Source: Octopus vulgaris
Lineage: Eukaryota
Length of the DNA stretch: 64,000 nt
Reading direction: 5' to 3'
NCBI GenBank assembly: GCA_951406725.2
Contig: OX597820.1
Location: forward strand, 54,126,001 to 54,190,000
Positions within the stretch are counted from its first letter, which is position 1. Each line of letters begins with the position of its first letter. Made by a program: the position numbers and the translations under genes. Positions 1 through 16,073 of this stretch are shown here, one piece after another. Under the pieces are notes generated by a model. That model was not told the origin of the DNA, searched no databases, and worked only from the letters and a program-made list of their open reading frames with translations.

Positions 1-963
<963 letters not shown>

Positions 964-990
964 TATATATATATATATATATATATATAT

Positions 991-1265
991 CACTGTGATC
1001 ACCGTGACCGACCAGGCTATCAGATGTTGTTACACATCGCTGGTCACTATGCGCTTTGCATTGTTTTTAGCCTTCAAATGACGCCACCCCGCTGGCTAAG
1101 CGAGTAGGCCAACAAAAGAGAGAGGAAGAGAAAGTTGAGGCGAAAGAGTACAGCAGGGATCGCCGGAGCCTCGTGGAGCTTTTAGGTGTTTTCGCTCAAT
1201 AAACACACACAACGCCCGGTCTGGGAATCGAAACCGCCCTAACCACTGGGCCATTGCACCGCCAC
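991..1265 (-). mobile_element. SINE with family C head and an alternative 3' tail
   Basis: 1130-1265 matches the head of 23899-24281 and 46733-47102; 991-1120 is unrelated to their tail. Confidence 0.7.
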
Positions 1266-1291
1266 ACATATATATATATATATAAAATATG

Positions 1292-1336
<45 letters not shown>

Positions 1337-1569
1337 TAATAAATAAAACATATGCATATATATATATACATATATGTGCGTACCAACCTCTACATGTATA
1401 TATACACGCATATATGGGTACAGGACACCAAAAAAACGTCGAGCACAATGAGAAACGAAAACATAAACACAAAACCAAGGAACTGGACATTTTTCTTAAA
1501 CAACAAAAAAATAGAGTACAGGACAAATATATACTCATATATATACATATATATATATATATATCTACA

Positions 1570-1622
<53 letters not shown>

Positions 1623-1740
1623 GCAATACAACTCAAAATTTTAAAATTTATTCTATGCAGCCCTGTACAAATGATCCACAGGGTATTGATCCACGGTTTA
1701 GTGGTTGACGACCTCTAGTCAAAAGCACACAATTCCTGGA

Positions 1741-1827
<87 letters not shown>

Positions 1828-1880
1828 TAATAATTATTATTATTATTATATTAACAATAATAATTGTAATAGTAATAATA
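1741..1880. repeat. (AAT)n microsatellite
   Basis: Direct inspection. Confidence 0.95.
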
Positions 1881-2474
1881 AACACTTGTTGTTTGATCGT
1901 CTTTTATTAAACGTATATTTCTTTTAATTTGAACTTGGGGCTTCAACAACGAAAATGGTTTTGAAGTACCAGTCCGCGCTGGTCTTTGCAATCAGTCCTT
2001 CACTTTCCTCGTCCCCACTCTCCATCATATCACACTTTCAGTATCTTGTCTGATTGCCTGCCCTTATATGACCCCTTTTGTAAAGACAAACCGTCTTAAT
2101 GAGGTTTCGATTACCCGGAAAATATTGCTAATTTGTGATTCTTATTTTTGGAAAGTACTGAGTCAGAAAGTGGATATGTTGTGATGCGGTGATGATTAGG
2201 GGTTAACATGGCTGGAATTGAAACCTAAAACTGTTTATAACAGCTGGCAGTGATATTTCGTTATTTGAGTGGACATAGAGACGACGGGAGTGTGGATTAG
2301 ACTTGATTAATTAATGAAGTAGGTGATGACGGCGGCGGGGATACATTAATCGCTTCGCTCCTCGTAAAATGTATTTGTGATGATATGAGAGTATATATAT
2401 CATATGAACGTTTGTGATTATGGTGGCATGTGATACAGTGTCATAGTATACACGGTGGAGAAATATATGTATGC

Positions 2475-2475
<1 letters not shown>

Positions 2476-2519
<44 letters not shown>

Positions 2520-2814
2520 TGGGTTCGTGTGGTTGCGTGTGAGAGTGAGAGAGACAGAGTGTTGTGGGGTGCGTGTATGCGTGTGTGTGTGTGTGTTGGC
2601 GTGTGGGCATGTGTGTGTGTGTGTACACGCGTGTGTGCGTGTATGCATGTGTGTGTACGTGCGTGTGTATATGTGTGTGTACGCGCGTGTGTGCGTGTGT
2701 GCGTACGTGTGTGTGTGCGTGTCTGTGTGTACGTGTGTGAATACGTGTGTGTATATGTGCGTGTATGTGTGTGCGCGTGTGTGTATACGTGTGTGTATAC
2801 GTGTATGTACGTGT

Positions 2815-2867
<53 letters not shown>
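2476..2867. repeat. Compound (TG)n/(TGCG)n low-complexity tract
   Basis: Direct inspection; explains the CV-rich ORFs. Confidence 0.95.
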
Positions 2868-2870
<3 letters not shown>

Positions 2871-3582
2871 TGTGACAGAATATGTAATATTATGGCGTAA
2901 TTAGTATATCTAAAGTATTAACGTTTCAGAAAGTGTGGACGTTGTTGCTATGGTGGTCTTCGTCATTGTCGTTGCGGTGGAAGGATGGCGGTGAGGGTCG
3001 CCATCGTAGTCACTTCGTCGTCGTGGTAGTCATGGCCATGGATGATGGCTGTCATAATACTGATGATATTGATACTGGTTATACATTATACAACCAACAT
3101 TTCAGAAAAAGTTGTTATTGTTCTTGGTAAAATACTTGTAATAGTCACAGTAGTTGCGGCATTGACAATACCATATCTATATTGCTGTGGCTCTTGTTTT
3201 TATTTAACCACAGGTCAGCAATAAACCAGTAGACCTATTGATCAATGACGTACTAGTTGTGAAAATCCTTTTTTGTTTATTTCTGCCAGTGTAGAGAAGT
3301 TGAAGCTCATGGTTACCCATATCTGGTTTATATTGAACTGGCCTTAAGCAATAACTTCAGGACTGATCTGGTGGTATTATTTTAGAATTAGATCAGTCTT
3401 GGCGAAAAAAAAACTCTGTGATGAAAAGTATTCCAAAGTGTTCTACTTATAACAATCCAGTCTCTTTCCTATGTACAAAGACCCAAGGGCCGCATCATCC
3501 ATTTTACTGTCTTCTAAAGCGGCGGGATGTAATATAAAGTTATTTAACTGTTGTTTTTAGATTTTATGATGACCACATAGAG

Positions 3583-3844
3583 CAGTGATTCCCAACGTGG
3601 AACCTGGAAAAATTTTGATGGGGGCTGTAGTCACCAGGCACAAGGTTCTCATTCAAGTAATTCACTTTTCCTTTTCTTAGTGAATGATGTACATTTTTTG
3701 AACTCGTTACCGGTAGATTCTTTTGTATTAAATAACTGTGGTAATATATTTAAAATAAAGTTCTTTTTTTCAACCACCGGTAAGGCATACATTCTTCAGG
3801 AAAGTTATAGTGGGGCTTGAGAGAAAATAGTTTGAGAAACTCCG
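3583..3844. mobile_element. Decayed hAT-like MITE
   Basis: Left end cagtgattcccaac, right end gtttgagaaactccg (imperfect TIR of CAGTGnTTCyCAA type); flanks acatagag / aaatagaa resemble a decayed 8-bp TSD. Confidence 0.4.
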
Positions 3845-4999
3845 AAATAGAAGTTTTTCCTAGTTTCGTTATGGTGTTGTAATGGCGGTGAAGAATTTGC
3901 GATTGAATATGTGTTGCTGTTGTTGTTTATGATGTCAGTAGGATCTATTACATGTAAACGATTTCAATATAGAGACAAGGTCAAAGATCTATTAGAGATA
4001 AAAATGCTTGCACCTTTGCTAGGGTCTTTAGGGAAGTAACAGATGCGATAAGTGTAAAATCAGAGATGGACACTAACATACGGACATCCGCTCCACTTTT
4101 TTTTCCTTTTTTCTTTTTTTCTTTTTTTGGAGACAGCTGATTTCCCCTATACGTTTAACATCTGTTTTATGGTTAATCTCTTTTGTATAATTCTTGTCAT
4201 ACAATAATGTGCACGCTGGAGGATTTTCGTTGTTGCTTTTTGTGAGACATGTGATCATCGTGTTTTGAAGGAAACGACAATGATGTAATGTGACGTTCAT
4301 GCATTTCCCAAAGATGCTAGCGGAGTATCGAAAATACTGGTTTTAAATTTTGGCAGAGGGCCATCAATTTTTGTGGAGAGGGTGACGTCTATTACATCGA
4401 CCCTGATACCTTACTTGTACTTATTTTTATCGACCACCTCGAAAGAAAGAAAGGCAAAGTTAGTGTAATTTTAATCCACTCACAAGTAATACAACCGTCT
4501 GTATAAAATGACTATTTTCGCAATTAGGGATGAAGCTTTTTCTGAACAAACAGGAATTATTTAAACATTGGCATAAGACAACAAATTTTCGGGACTGGAT
4601 ATAATCAATTAAGATGGTTGATTAACAAATTTGCTTGAGTGTCGAACAAATACCTTGCACTAATTGTTACGATTCTTTGAGTTCTCTGTTTAAATTCTAC
4701 CAAGACAAAGTTGCCTTTCCACCTTCTGAGGTCGATAAATAAAATCCAGTCATTTGTTGGATCAATTCTTCAGGTTATAGTATTAAACAAAGTGGCAAAT
4801 TAAGTCTATTGCCACGAACAGGAACGGTTTCTATGACGATCTTTCTCATAGCTTCTTCTTTGGTCGACTCAAAGACACTATAGGATCAAAGTTGAAATCA
4901 TGTAGTTTCAAAGCAAACTGGTTCACCTCACAATCATATCTATTGCCAAAGTGCCGTGCAGTCCACAGAACTACAGAAAGAGCTAAAAAAAAAAAACTG

Positions 5000-5285
5000 A
5001 CGACGAGTGTTCCAGTTGATCCGATCAACCTGCTCACGAAACTATTGAGCAAGTGGCTGAGCACTCCACAAGCTCGCGTACACTTAAAGTAGTTCTCAGA
5101 GAGATTCAGTGTGACACAGAGTGTGACACAGAGTGTGACAAAGCTGGCTCTTTGAAATACAGGTACTACTCATTTTTGCCAGCTGAATGGACTGGAGGAA
5201 CATGAAATAAAGTGTCTTGCTGAAAGACACAACGTGACGCCGGGAATTGAACTCACGACCTTTCGCTTGTGAGCCGAATACCCGC
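5000..5285 (-). mobile_element. Chimeric SINE: family D head plus family C tail
   Basis: Contains D motif gaaataaagtgtcttgct and C tail gtggctgagcactccaca...gattcagtgtgacacagag. Confidence 0.7.
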
Positions 5286-5754
5286 GGAAAGAATTGCATT
5301 ATATACTCTCTTGATTCATGCCCATCATACTATACTTCACTCCTCTCTTCATACTTCTGAGGTGGCGCATGTCACACATTACCCACATTTTCCCTGAAGA
5401 TTTCAACTGGCAACTATTCAGCCTAACATCTACAGTATCAGTGTAGCCCAATTTGGTATGAGAGTGTAATGGTTGTCGTCATTGCCCTCTCTGCCTTTGA
5501 TAATCCTATTTCTTTAAAAATTTGATCGTTGATATACACCTAACAATTTTCTTCTTTGGCAACCAGGCTACAGGCAGCAGAGTGGTGAACTCGGTAGATC
5601 GTCAATTAATTTACTTCACAGTAGGTATTCCGGTTCACTGCATTCTGAGTTCAAACCCTGCAGAGGTTAACGTTGCCTTCTGTCCTTTTATAATCAATAA
5701 GCAAAGTATCGATCTTGCATTGAGATTGATTCTTCCCCTGTCACACATTTTCTT

Positions 5755-5785
<31 letters not shown>

Positions 5786-5886
5786 TCTATAATTATAAAC
5801 ATAATTATTATCAGGGGTCAGCTAATTGCTTCGCTACGCACCCAATTTAGAAATAGGAGTTAAAATACCTTTTCTGCTACCATATA

Positions 5887-6065
5887 TACTCTTTTACTCT
5901 TTTACTCTTTTACTTGTTTCAGTCATTTGACTGCGGCCATGCTGGAGCACCGCCGTTAGTACTTATTCTATCGGTCTCTTTTTGCCGAACCGCTAAGTGA
6001 CGGGGACGTAAACACACCAGCATCGGTTGTCAAGCAATGCTAGGGGGACAAACACACACACACAA

Positions 6066-6100
<35 letters not shown>

Positions 6101-6270
6101 CATATATACGACAGGCTTCTTTCAGTTTCCTGTCTACCAAATCCACTCACAAGGCATTGGTCGGCCCGGGGCTATAGCAGAAGACACTTGCCCAAGATGC
6201 CACGCAGTGGGATTGAACCCGCAACCATGTGGTTGGTTAGCAAGCTACTTACCACACAGCCACTCCTGCA
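5887..6270 (-). mobile_element. Full-length family A SINE with internal (TA)/(TG) microsatellite
   Basis: tRNA-like head, central microsatellite, 3' tail ending in (AAAAGAGT)n repeats. Confidence 0.9.
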
Positions 6271-6541
6271 TACATACATATACACTTAAATATAAGCACA
6301 GTTACGCACTTATTGTAATACACACAAACACACACACACATACACACACACATACACCACACACGCACGCACAAACGTACACAGACGCGCACTGAGATAT
6401 ACTCTGTCGCTTTTAACTGTATATTTGTATAATTTTTACCTAAAAAGGCTATTTTAACGTACCGAACTATTAGGCAAAATTATTAATTATCAATTAATTG
6501 ATTAATTAATTAATTAATTAGTTTTACCCGTTTATTATTAT

Positions 6542-6581
<40 letters not shown>

Positions 6582-6587
6582 CTTCCT

Positions 6588-6668
<81 letters not shown>

Positions 6669-6678
6669 TGCTCCCTCC

Positions 6679-6713
<35 letters not shown>

Positions 6714-7799
6714 ACATTCAGGAAGAAACATGATCAACCTTGGAGGACGATGCACTCTACCAAGTTTAAAATTGCCATAGAACTCCGTGTGTTACGACGG
6801 CGCCCCTACCATCCTCAAAGAGTTGAGGGCCCCAGACAGGACAAGACGTCCAATCGACAGTTGACTAGATTGATAATTTTATCCAAAGATACAGACAAAT
6901 TTACAATCTTTCAGTTAAAAAGCCAACGATATCCTTTATTTTAACAAATTGCAGAAAAGCGACAGAGTATATCTCAGTGCGCGTCTGTGTACGTTTGTGT
7001 GTGCGTGTGTGTGTGTGTGTGTGTGTATGTGTGTGTGTATGTGTGTGTGTGTTTGTGTGTGTTACAATAAGTGCGTAACTGAGCTTATATTTAAGTGTAT
7101 ATGTATGTATGCCATATGTGTGCGTGTGTGCGTGTGTGTATGTGTGTTTTACAATATGTATGCATCTGTCCTACATTTAAGAGTATATATATATGGGGAT
7201 GTATGGTATATATTGACATACGTGTGTATGTCAGATATTTTGGTGTGCGTGTATAAGAATATATTTGCGTACTTGTATATATTTTTGCGAACTGGTATGC
7301 GTGTGGGTGCGTGCGTACGTATGCAAGAAACCTCGTTTGTGTGTGTGTGTGTGTGTGTGCACGTGTGTGTGCGTGTGTGTGTGTGTGTACGTGCATGTTC
7401 GTTTGTGTCTTTTAGAAGAAGCCTGCTTCTAAAAGCGGGATTTCACACTTGTGCGTTTGAAGTCTGCGGCGAGGTGAGAGGCCCAGAGGAGGGATGTGTG
7501 ATAACAACCTGATGGTTTCAAATACCAACTTGAAACCGACGTTTAATTGGATGGATTCTGAAAGGATTTTCATATAACCAAGTTAGCCACTTCCTCAATC
7601 TCTTTAGTGATTCGTGCGATTTTAGCCCTCATCTCTACTCTTCAACACACGCTTCTATTGATAAATTTAGTCACGTAGTGACAGTTAAGAACACTTCCTG
7701 TTGTCATAGTAACAAAAGTGTTATTTTGTATTTATTGGTAGAATTCATGAATTCGGTGAAGATAACTGAGAAATTTTTCCTTAAATATATCATTCTTTC

Positions 7800-8229
7800 C
7801 GCCAAAGGCACAAAGCCTGAAATTTGATGGGAGGGGGGCCAGTGGATTACAATAACCCCAGTGTTCAACTGCTTTTTTTTTTATCGACCCCGAAACGATG
7901 AAGGATAAAGTTGAACTTGGTTGTATTTTTTTAACTCAGGAAGTAAAGCCAGAAGAAATGTTGCTAAGCAATTTGTCCGGCTTGGTAACGATTCTGCCAG
8001 CTCGCCACCTTTTTACCTTTGAAAGATGTAATATTTCTTTATTGCCCACAAGGGGCTAAGCATAGAGGGGACAAACAAGGACAGACAAACGGATTAAGTC
8101 GATTATATCGACCCCGAAAGGATGAAAGGCAAAGTCGACCTCGGCGGAATTTGAACTCAGAACGTAACGACAGACGAAATACCGCTAAGCATTTCGCTCG
8201 GCGCGCTAACGTGTCTGCCAGCTCGCCGT
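7800..8229 (-). mobile_element. Two family B SINE copies (old about 7800-8010; young 8033-8229 with internal deletion)
   Basis: Match to the family B body. Confidence 0.8.
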
Positions 8230-8337
8230 AAATTCTTTACTTTTCTCTAATTTTGGTACAATGGCAACAATTTTTAAAAGAAGGGGCAAGTCGATTACAT
8301 CGACACCCAGAACTTGACTAGTTCGTTATTTATTAAC

Positions 8338-8893
<556 letters not shown>

Positions 8894-9418
8894 TTCACAC
8901 ATATACTAAACTAGAAACATTCATTGGCAAAGGTAAATGTGCCTTCGTAAAACTAAACTGGAAATGCCTTCAGATATGGAACATTACATAATACCTTTCA
9001 AAGATGCAATTCTATGCATTTGATACATTCAGTATTTATCACATAATTTGGTAACATGTTGTCCATCTCTCGCTGTTTCCTCTTCTTTCCACATACACAC
9101 ACACACACACACGCACGCACACACACACAAACTATAAATCACACCATGTAGGATATTGGTTAAAATGTGTATGTATGTGCGTGTTTCAGACTATGTTTGT
9201 CCCCATCCACCACTTGACAACCGGTGGTGGTATGTTTACGTCCATGTAAAATAGCGGTTCGGCAAATGAGACCAATAGAACAAGAACCAGGCCTTTTTTA
9301 AAAAATAAATAATTACTGGGATTGATTTATTTGACTAACACTTCTTCAAGGCGGTGACCTTGCTTTGCCGCAGTCTAATGTCTGAAACAAGTAAAATATA
9401 AAAGATATTTACATTATT

Positions 9419-9507
9419 TACATTATTTACATTTGACGGATATTTGTCCTCATCTTGTTAACAACAAACAAGATGAGGACAAATATCCGTCAAATGTAAA
9501 TAATGTA
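9419..9507. repeat. Perfect 41-bp inverted repeat (hairpin) with 7-nt loop
   Basis: tacattatttacatttgacggatatttgtcctcatcttgtt (9419-9459) is the exact reverse complement of 9467-9507. Confidence 0.95.
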
Positions 9508-9546
9508 CATTATTCCTCATCTCTTAAATATAGATCTGTATAAAAG

Positions 9547-9589
<43 letters not shown>

Positions 9590-10026
9590 CGCACACTAAT
9601 TCACACATACACCATATATGTATCAGATGTGTGTGTGTGTGTGTGTGTGTGTGTCGTAGTCACAGAGGAAGGGATTTGATATACTGATAGGTAGACAGGC
9701 AGACATACAGGCAGACATACGCATAAACACAGGCGTAGGAGACGGCTAAAGTAAAGGGTGCGGTCAAATTAGATCTGAAAATGTCTCAGACACCATTGAT
9801 CTGAAGAAAGAAATAATTTTTGTGACGTATAATAAAAACATGATTTCGGAGTGACTCTCTAAATGCTTGTTGTCGTGTTTAATAATGTATCTGAACACAA
9901 TCATCCCAACAGAACTTGCCAGAAAATATTGAGAATTACGTCATTTTGGGGGTTTACATCGTACCCCACAGTTCCCACGCACATCTGTGTATATACATTC
10001 ACAAACGCATACGTGTGTGTGTGTGG

Positions 10027-10093
<67 letters not shown>

Positions 10094-10503
10094 TATGTGT
10101 GTGTTGTGAATAAATTATGTAACCGGTTTATTGCTAAAATTAGAAGCCGGATTTCTCTCTTAGTTTAATCTAAACCACCCTTTAAGTAAACCTTCTTTCT
10201 AATCTTGACCCAAATGACTCATTAACTTATTCAATGTTTTAATTTTCTATTCAGTTCCTTTATTTCTTTATAGTTAATACCTTTAAAAAAAACAAATTTC
10301 ACAACTGTTTCTATAGCCCAGATTAATCAATACCTTATCATTGTCCTCTATTTCAGTATTTGCAGCAGTTGTTATTTATACCTAGAAGAAAAAAAAAAGA
10401 AACATTTATACGAAAACAATATGATCCTATTTCTGCTGCAACCAGAACCGTACCCCAGAGATGCTGTCACCTCATGCAAGCTGAAGCTTCGACGGCCTTC
10501 TTA

Positions 10504-10588
<85 letters not shown>

Positions 10589-11319
10589 TTTCGTAAGGAA
10601 TAAAACCTTTTAAATGTAGAAATTAAATATTTATTACAATTTATTAAATACAGTGTTTAGTTTAATTTTATTTATTTTTTATTTTGGAAGTTCACAACAT
10701 ATGACTGGGTATCCCTTAGCACGTGACGCTCTGGACAATTGCAACAGAGTTGGCATTACCCTTAGCCTGCTCTTACTTACCAATTCGACAACTAATGGGT
10801 AGATGGAAGCCATTTTCTAGAGTGATTTGAGGAAAATTTTGGTTACAATTACTAGCAATCTGACCAGGCATATAAAGACGCCTCTCGTTGACTCAGGCAC
10901 ATCAAAAGAGTTAGGTAGATCATGTCAACTATTTCTATTTATGTTGTACGAAAGGCCTTGTAAGCAAGGTATAGAAGTGGTACCTTTGTTACTGTGTTGA
11001 TGAGGGGTTCGCCTTACACTCATGAAGCCCCAGGCTCTGTGTGACATTTTGGTAAATATCTTTTACCTTAACATCGGGTCGTTCCACGTCATATGAACCA
11101 AATTCAATAGACGGAAACTGTACGGAAGTCCATCAGATCGATTTTATCTTATACACACACACACACGTTACATATTGTGTAATTCTCATTCTGCTTGGAG
11201 ATTAGATTAAGGTCATAATTGTCTGTGGAATATGCAACCATTTACACATTAAATCACTGAGTAAGTTATTCGATTGATTGAAAAACTGAAAACACTGAAC
11301 GTTCATCGCCCAAATCAGT

Positions 11320-11570
11320 GTAGAATCCCTTTTAGCCTCCGCCCCACAGTGCTGGCTGGTTCATGCTGCTGCCACCCAGGCATTATTAATTCACTTGTTT
11401 CTTCTCTCATGAGCTTTGTTACGTCCAAACACCCATATTCTGCACTAATCGCCACTCCCAGTTCTTTCCTTCCCCGAATTCCTGCTAATTTTCTCTCTCC
11501 TGATATCATTCCTGTAGGTGAGAACTTACAAAGGTTTAAGAGAACCATTAATGAGATCAATCTCATTATG
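11320..11570 (+). pseudogene. Decayed 3' end of a Jockey-group LINE ORF2
   Basis: Translation PFSLRPTV...SKHPY...SSFLPR...LSPDIIPVGENLQRFKRTINEINL follows the C-terminal pattern PLSxRRxV...HPY...SFFPRT..LWNxLP..VFP...NLQxFK..VN of non-LTR RT ORFs. Confidence 0.6.
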
Positions 11571-13711
11571 AAGGTCATGGACGCGGCTCCTTCCTCCAGA
11601 CTACAAGAAAATAGAAAGAAAAACATTATCGATTTTACCGAAAATCATTGTTTGATTACTGATTTATTTAAATATAATACCTGAAAAAAAAAGAACAGTT
11701 TCATAATAAAGTTTTCATACAGTAATCAATCACATGAAAACTTCGAAGAAAAAGTTCACATTTGAAACAATTTACAGCAATTGTAACAAACTTGCGGCAA
11801 CTGTAGCAAATTGTAGTAAATATTCTAATGAAATAGAAAAGATCGATCATAAGATTAGATCTATACCAAAAATCTTCAAATCCATATCATATAGTCTCAA
11901 GGCGCAAATCAGGACTTCCATCTTTAAGAAATAGAAACATTTGTACAGGATTCAGAACGGTGCCATTTTCACCCAGTTAACAACCATACAGCCATTAACG
12001 AAAGTAGTTCAGACTCAGTAATGTAGATCTTACTATGTCACGAAATCACGTGATCTGATGGTTTTGGCACTGGAGGTGGTGGGGAATTTATTTCCCCGTT
12101 AGTGATATCAGCAAAAATCAATATGAGAGTTTCTCTCATGGTAATTACCGCGGTGTAGTTTGGTGCAACAGAACACCCAAGTTTCAGTGGGGATAATTGT
12201 TACCTACTACGTCACAAGAAATATACAATAAATCTCAGATTAAACAAGTCTACAACGAAATATGTTTGTCAGTAAGGGTGTGATATTGGTGAAAAGCTAC
12301 CGAGCTGTCCCTTTACTTACATTTGATGTCGTATTGGTGGAATAAACCTAGATCACTTCACAACCTCACCTTAACATTGGAAACATTAAATGATGATTGT
12401 TTTGTATGTATGTATGTATGTATGTATGTATGTATGTATGTATGTATGTATGTATGTACGTACATATCTATGTACGTGTTTGTTCTTTAATTCAAATTTG
12501 TTTTCAGCCATGTTTTACCATGTGGGTTGTTGCGTATGTTGTTAAACTGAATGTGTATCTTAGGTACTGTATTTGCGGATTAATGTCTGTCTTCTGTCTA
12601 TTTGTCCGTCTGTTTGTCTGTCTATCTTACTGTCTATTAGTTTTTATGTATGTATGTATGTATGTATGTATGCATGCATGCATGCATGTATCTATGTTTG
12701 TATGTGCGTATGTATCTGTGATTGAATTTGTAAACGAAGAGAAAAGTAGCTTTTATGAAAACGATCATCCCAGGATAAGGAAGAACGTGCGTAATCTTGG
12801 TTAATGCATGTATGCATTTAACCAGCCAGTCATTCAAACACAAATATATCCCTATATTTATTAATCCATTCGTCTGTACATCAATCGCTTCATCAGTCCA
12901 TCTATCCATCCATCCAACAATCAATCAACCTATCCACCTGTCTATCCATCATTCAACTATATTGTCTCTCCATTCATTCATCAATCGATACAAATATGCA
13001 TATATACATGCATGCACAGATATATATATATATATATATATCTCCATCCTTTCATACATACATACACACATACATACACACATACATACATACATACACA
13101 CATACATACATACATACATACATACACACATACATACATAGATACATACATACATACATACATACATAACCGAGAGAAGTCGGCTCAATAATGAGAATGA
13201 CCTTAGCTTGTTAATGAGGTGCAAAGCAATGATGACTCTTTAAGCCAGCTGGCGATTTGCATCTTTTACCGCAACTGTTACATAAACCTTTCTCCGCACT
13301 TAAGTACAATGCACAATTATGACACTTGGTAGATGTGTCTTCTATTAAACCAATAGAAAAATAACGTTCGTCATACAATTATCATACAAATTCTTTCAAG
13401 TATTAATCATATATATTTGTTTCAAGTATTCTTGAATGAATAACAAGACTATACCATCAAGGACAAAGGCGCTTACTAGTTGATCATTTAAAGTCCATTA
13501 TAGATATCTATAGGATTTCAATTTTCTTGCATCCCGTTTTAGTTCTTTGCGAAATGACTAGACGCATTGAGTATTTTTGTATTCCATGATGCCCAATCAG
13601 TTGCAATTTTTCGTCACCTTTCCACATGAAAGCTTCCGCGTCAAATTAGATTTGAAGCAGTTTTTGCATCTTTGGTTTGTGCGTGAGTTTCTGTTTCCAA
13701 GGACAAAGTCC

Positions 13712-13959
13712 TTTACTCTTTTACTTGTTTCGGTAATTTGACTGTGGCCATGCTGGAGCACCGCCTCTAGGTCGAGCAAATCGACTCCAGGACTTATTCT
13801 TTGTAAGCCTAGTACTTATTCTTCCGGTCTCTTTTGCCGAACCGCTAAGTTACGGTGACATAAACACACCAGCATCGGTTGTCAAGCGATGTCGGGGGGA
13901 CAAACACAGACACACAAACATACACACACACAAACACACACACATACATACCTACATAC

Positions 13960-13990
<31 letters not shown>

Positions 13991-14016
13991 CATACATACA
14001 TACATACATACATACA

Positions 14017-14048
<32 letters not shown>

Positions 14049-14205
14049 CGACGGGCTTCTTTCCGTCTACCAATTCCACTCACAAGGCTTTGGTCGGTTC
14101 GAGGCTATAGCAGAAGATACTTGCCCAAAGTGCCACGCAGTGGGACTGAACCCGGAACCATGTGGTTGGTAAGCAAGCTACTTACCACACAGCCACTCCT
14201 ACGCC
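13712..14205 (-). mobile_element. Full-length family A SINE with expanded (TACA)n centre
   Basis: Head and tail match other family A copies. Confidence 0.9.
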
Positions 14206-14324
14206 TTTAGAGAACTTAACATTAAGGTCGTTTGGGCAAATAATGTAGCGTCCGCGGTAGCGCTAGAAACGAGGGAGCTTCATTGTCTTAAGGTGGTGTC
14301 AATATTCAAGATCCATTACATAGT

Positions 14325-16073
14325 ATGTATGAACGTCTGTATTCATGCGTATATTGCTGGTATCATGATGATTTTATAAATATTCGAGACAGCATGAAAT
14401 TCGATGCCGTCTATTGCAAGCTGAGCCTATCTGAGTTTTGCCTGCCCGTGTTGGCTGTCTACAGGCCGCCTCTAGCCGACCCCCAGGACGATGCTCATCT
14501 ACTCGAAGCGATAAGATTCGTTTCAGCTTCGCATGACTGCTTGGTACTAGGCGACTTCAACGCTCCCACGATCGATTGGCCCGCATCAATTTGTACAACA
14601 TCTTCCCGGTTCGGCCAGGCCCTTCTTGACGTGGCTGAAGATTGTTTTCTATCGCAACATGTTGAATATCCGACAAGGCATCGGTCTGGGCAACAGCCAT
14701 CTATGCTAGATCTGATATTCTCCCGCTATCCAAGATCAGTGTCAGACGTATCTGTGTGCGCCCCTCTTGCCAAGAGTGATCATGCGGTCCTGAAGTTCGT
14801 CATGCACACAACTTTTTCCACGCCCACGATTACTTCGCTGCCACGTAGAGTCTTCTCTGCAATTAATCTTGAAATTCTAACCGAGGCTTCCGCGCTTCTG
14901 GACTGGCGTTCCCTGATGACGTTGTCCTCAGTTGACGAACTATGGTCATCCCTCAAAGCATATGTAATCTGTTTGACTGACCAGGCAGTTCCTGTTGGAC
15001 TTCCCAAGAGGAAGAAACACAAGCCCTGGGTGACGAAGAAGGTTAAACGAGAACGTCGACTCAGAGATATTGCTTGGGCTGAATTCAAAAATCTGGATTC
15101 GACTGCAGCTTTTGAGGTGTACAAAACTCAACGAGACCGAGCCGTGAAAATTGAAAAGAAAGAACGCTTCAGTTATGAATACAAAATCGCGGCAAATGCC
15201 AGTAGCAATCCAAAAACCTTCTTTGCCCATGTCCAGCGGAATTCCCGCTTGAACAACCAGATTGCAACGTTGGTAGACTCAACAGGCGTATCGATTGAGG
15301 ACCCTTATCAACAGAGTCAATTATTTGCCGAGGCTTTTTCAACTATTTTCAAACAAGATGATGGTCGTGAACCCCCTCCATTTGATAGATCGGTACCTCC
15401 AATGCTTCGATTGATCATCACGCGGGACCAAGTCAAACGTGTTATTCAAGGCCTCGATGTCAACAAGGGTCACGGCCCTGACGGCATACACCCACGGGTT
15501 ATCAAAGCGTTGGCTCCGGTCATCTGCGAGCCCTTAACACGACTATTCAATATGTCATTGGCGACGGGTGTTATACCTGCAGACTGGAGAACAGCGATAA
15601 TCTGCCCAATTTTCAAGAAAGGGAGCCGCGAAGACCCGCTTAACTACCGACCGGTTTCCCTTACATCAATAATCAGCAAGATGTTCGAAACCATCCTTAA
15701 GAAAAGTATGATGCTCCATCTCCTAAACACAGCCTCGATCACTGATTCCCAACACGGCTTCGTGCCGAAGAGATCATGCTTGACCAACTTACTAGTAATG
15801 GAAGAATTGGTGACGCGCATCCTCGATGATAGTGATGCTGTTGACATCGTTTTATTGGACTTTGCCAAAGCTTTTGACTCGGTAAACCACCGCCTACTAC
15901 TTGTCAAGCTTCAAGCATATAGTTTCCATCCGGATATTGTACGATGGGTTGGTGCCTTCCTCTCAGATCGCTCCTTCCAAGTTCAAGTTAATGGCTCGCG
16001 GTCCGACGTCTCCAGTGCGAGCAGTGGCGAGCAGTGGCTCAAGGTTCAGTGCTTGGGCCCTTGTTGTTCTTAG
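14325..16073 (+). pseudogene. LINE ORF2 N-terminal part: APE endonuclease (C-terminal half) and RT motifs 0-3
   Basis: Motifs VYRPP, LVLGDFN, PTR-R...SMLDL, SDH (APE); GPDGI, NYRPVSLTS, QHGF, DFAKAFDSV (RT). The first about 19 codons are probably flanking DNA. Confidence 0.92.

Noticed and set aside
4846-4970. Minus-strand exon-like segment (LWTARHFGNRYDCE...)
   Set aside because: The pyrimidine tract is the A-run next to a SINE end; no supporting homology.
16010-16045. Programmed ribosomal frameshift in LINE ORF2
   Set aside because: No slippery heptamer; the shift lies within an RT motif and is explained by a 5-nt insertion.
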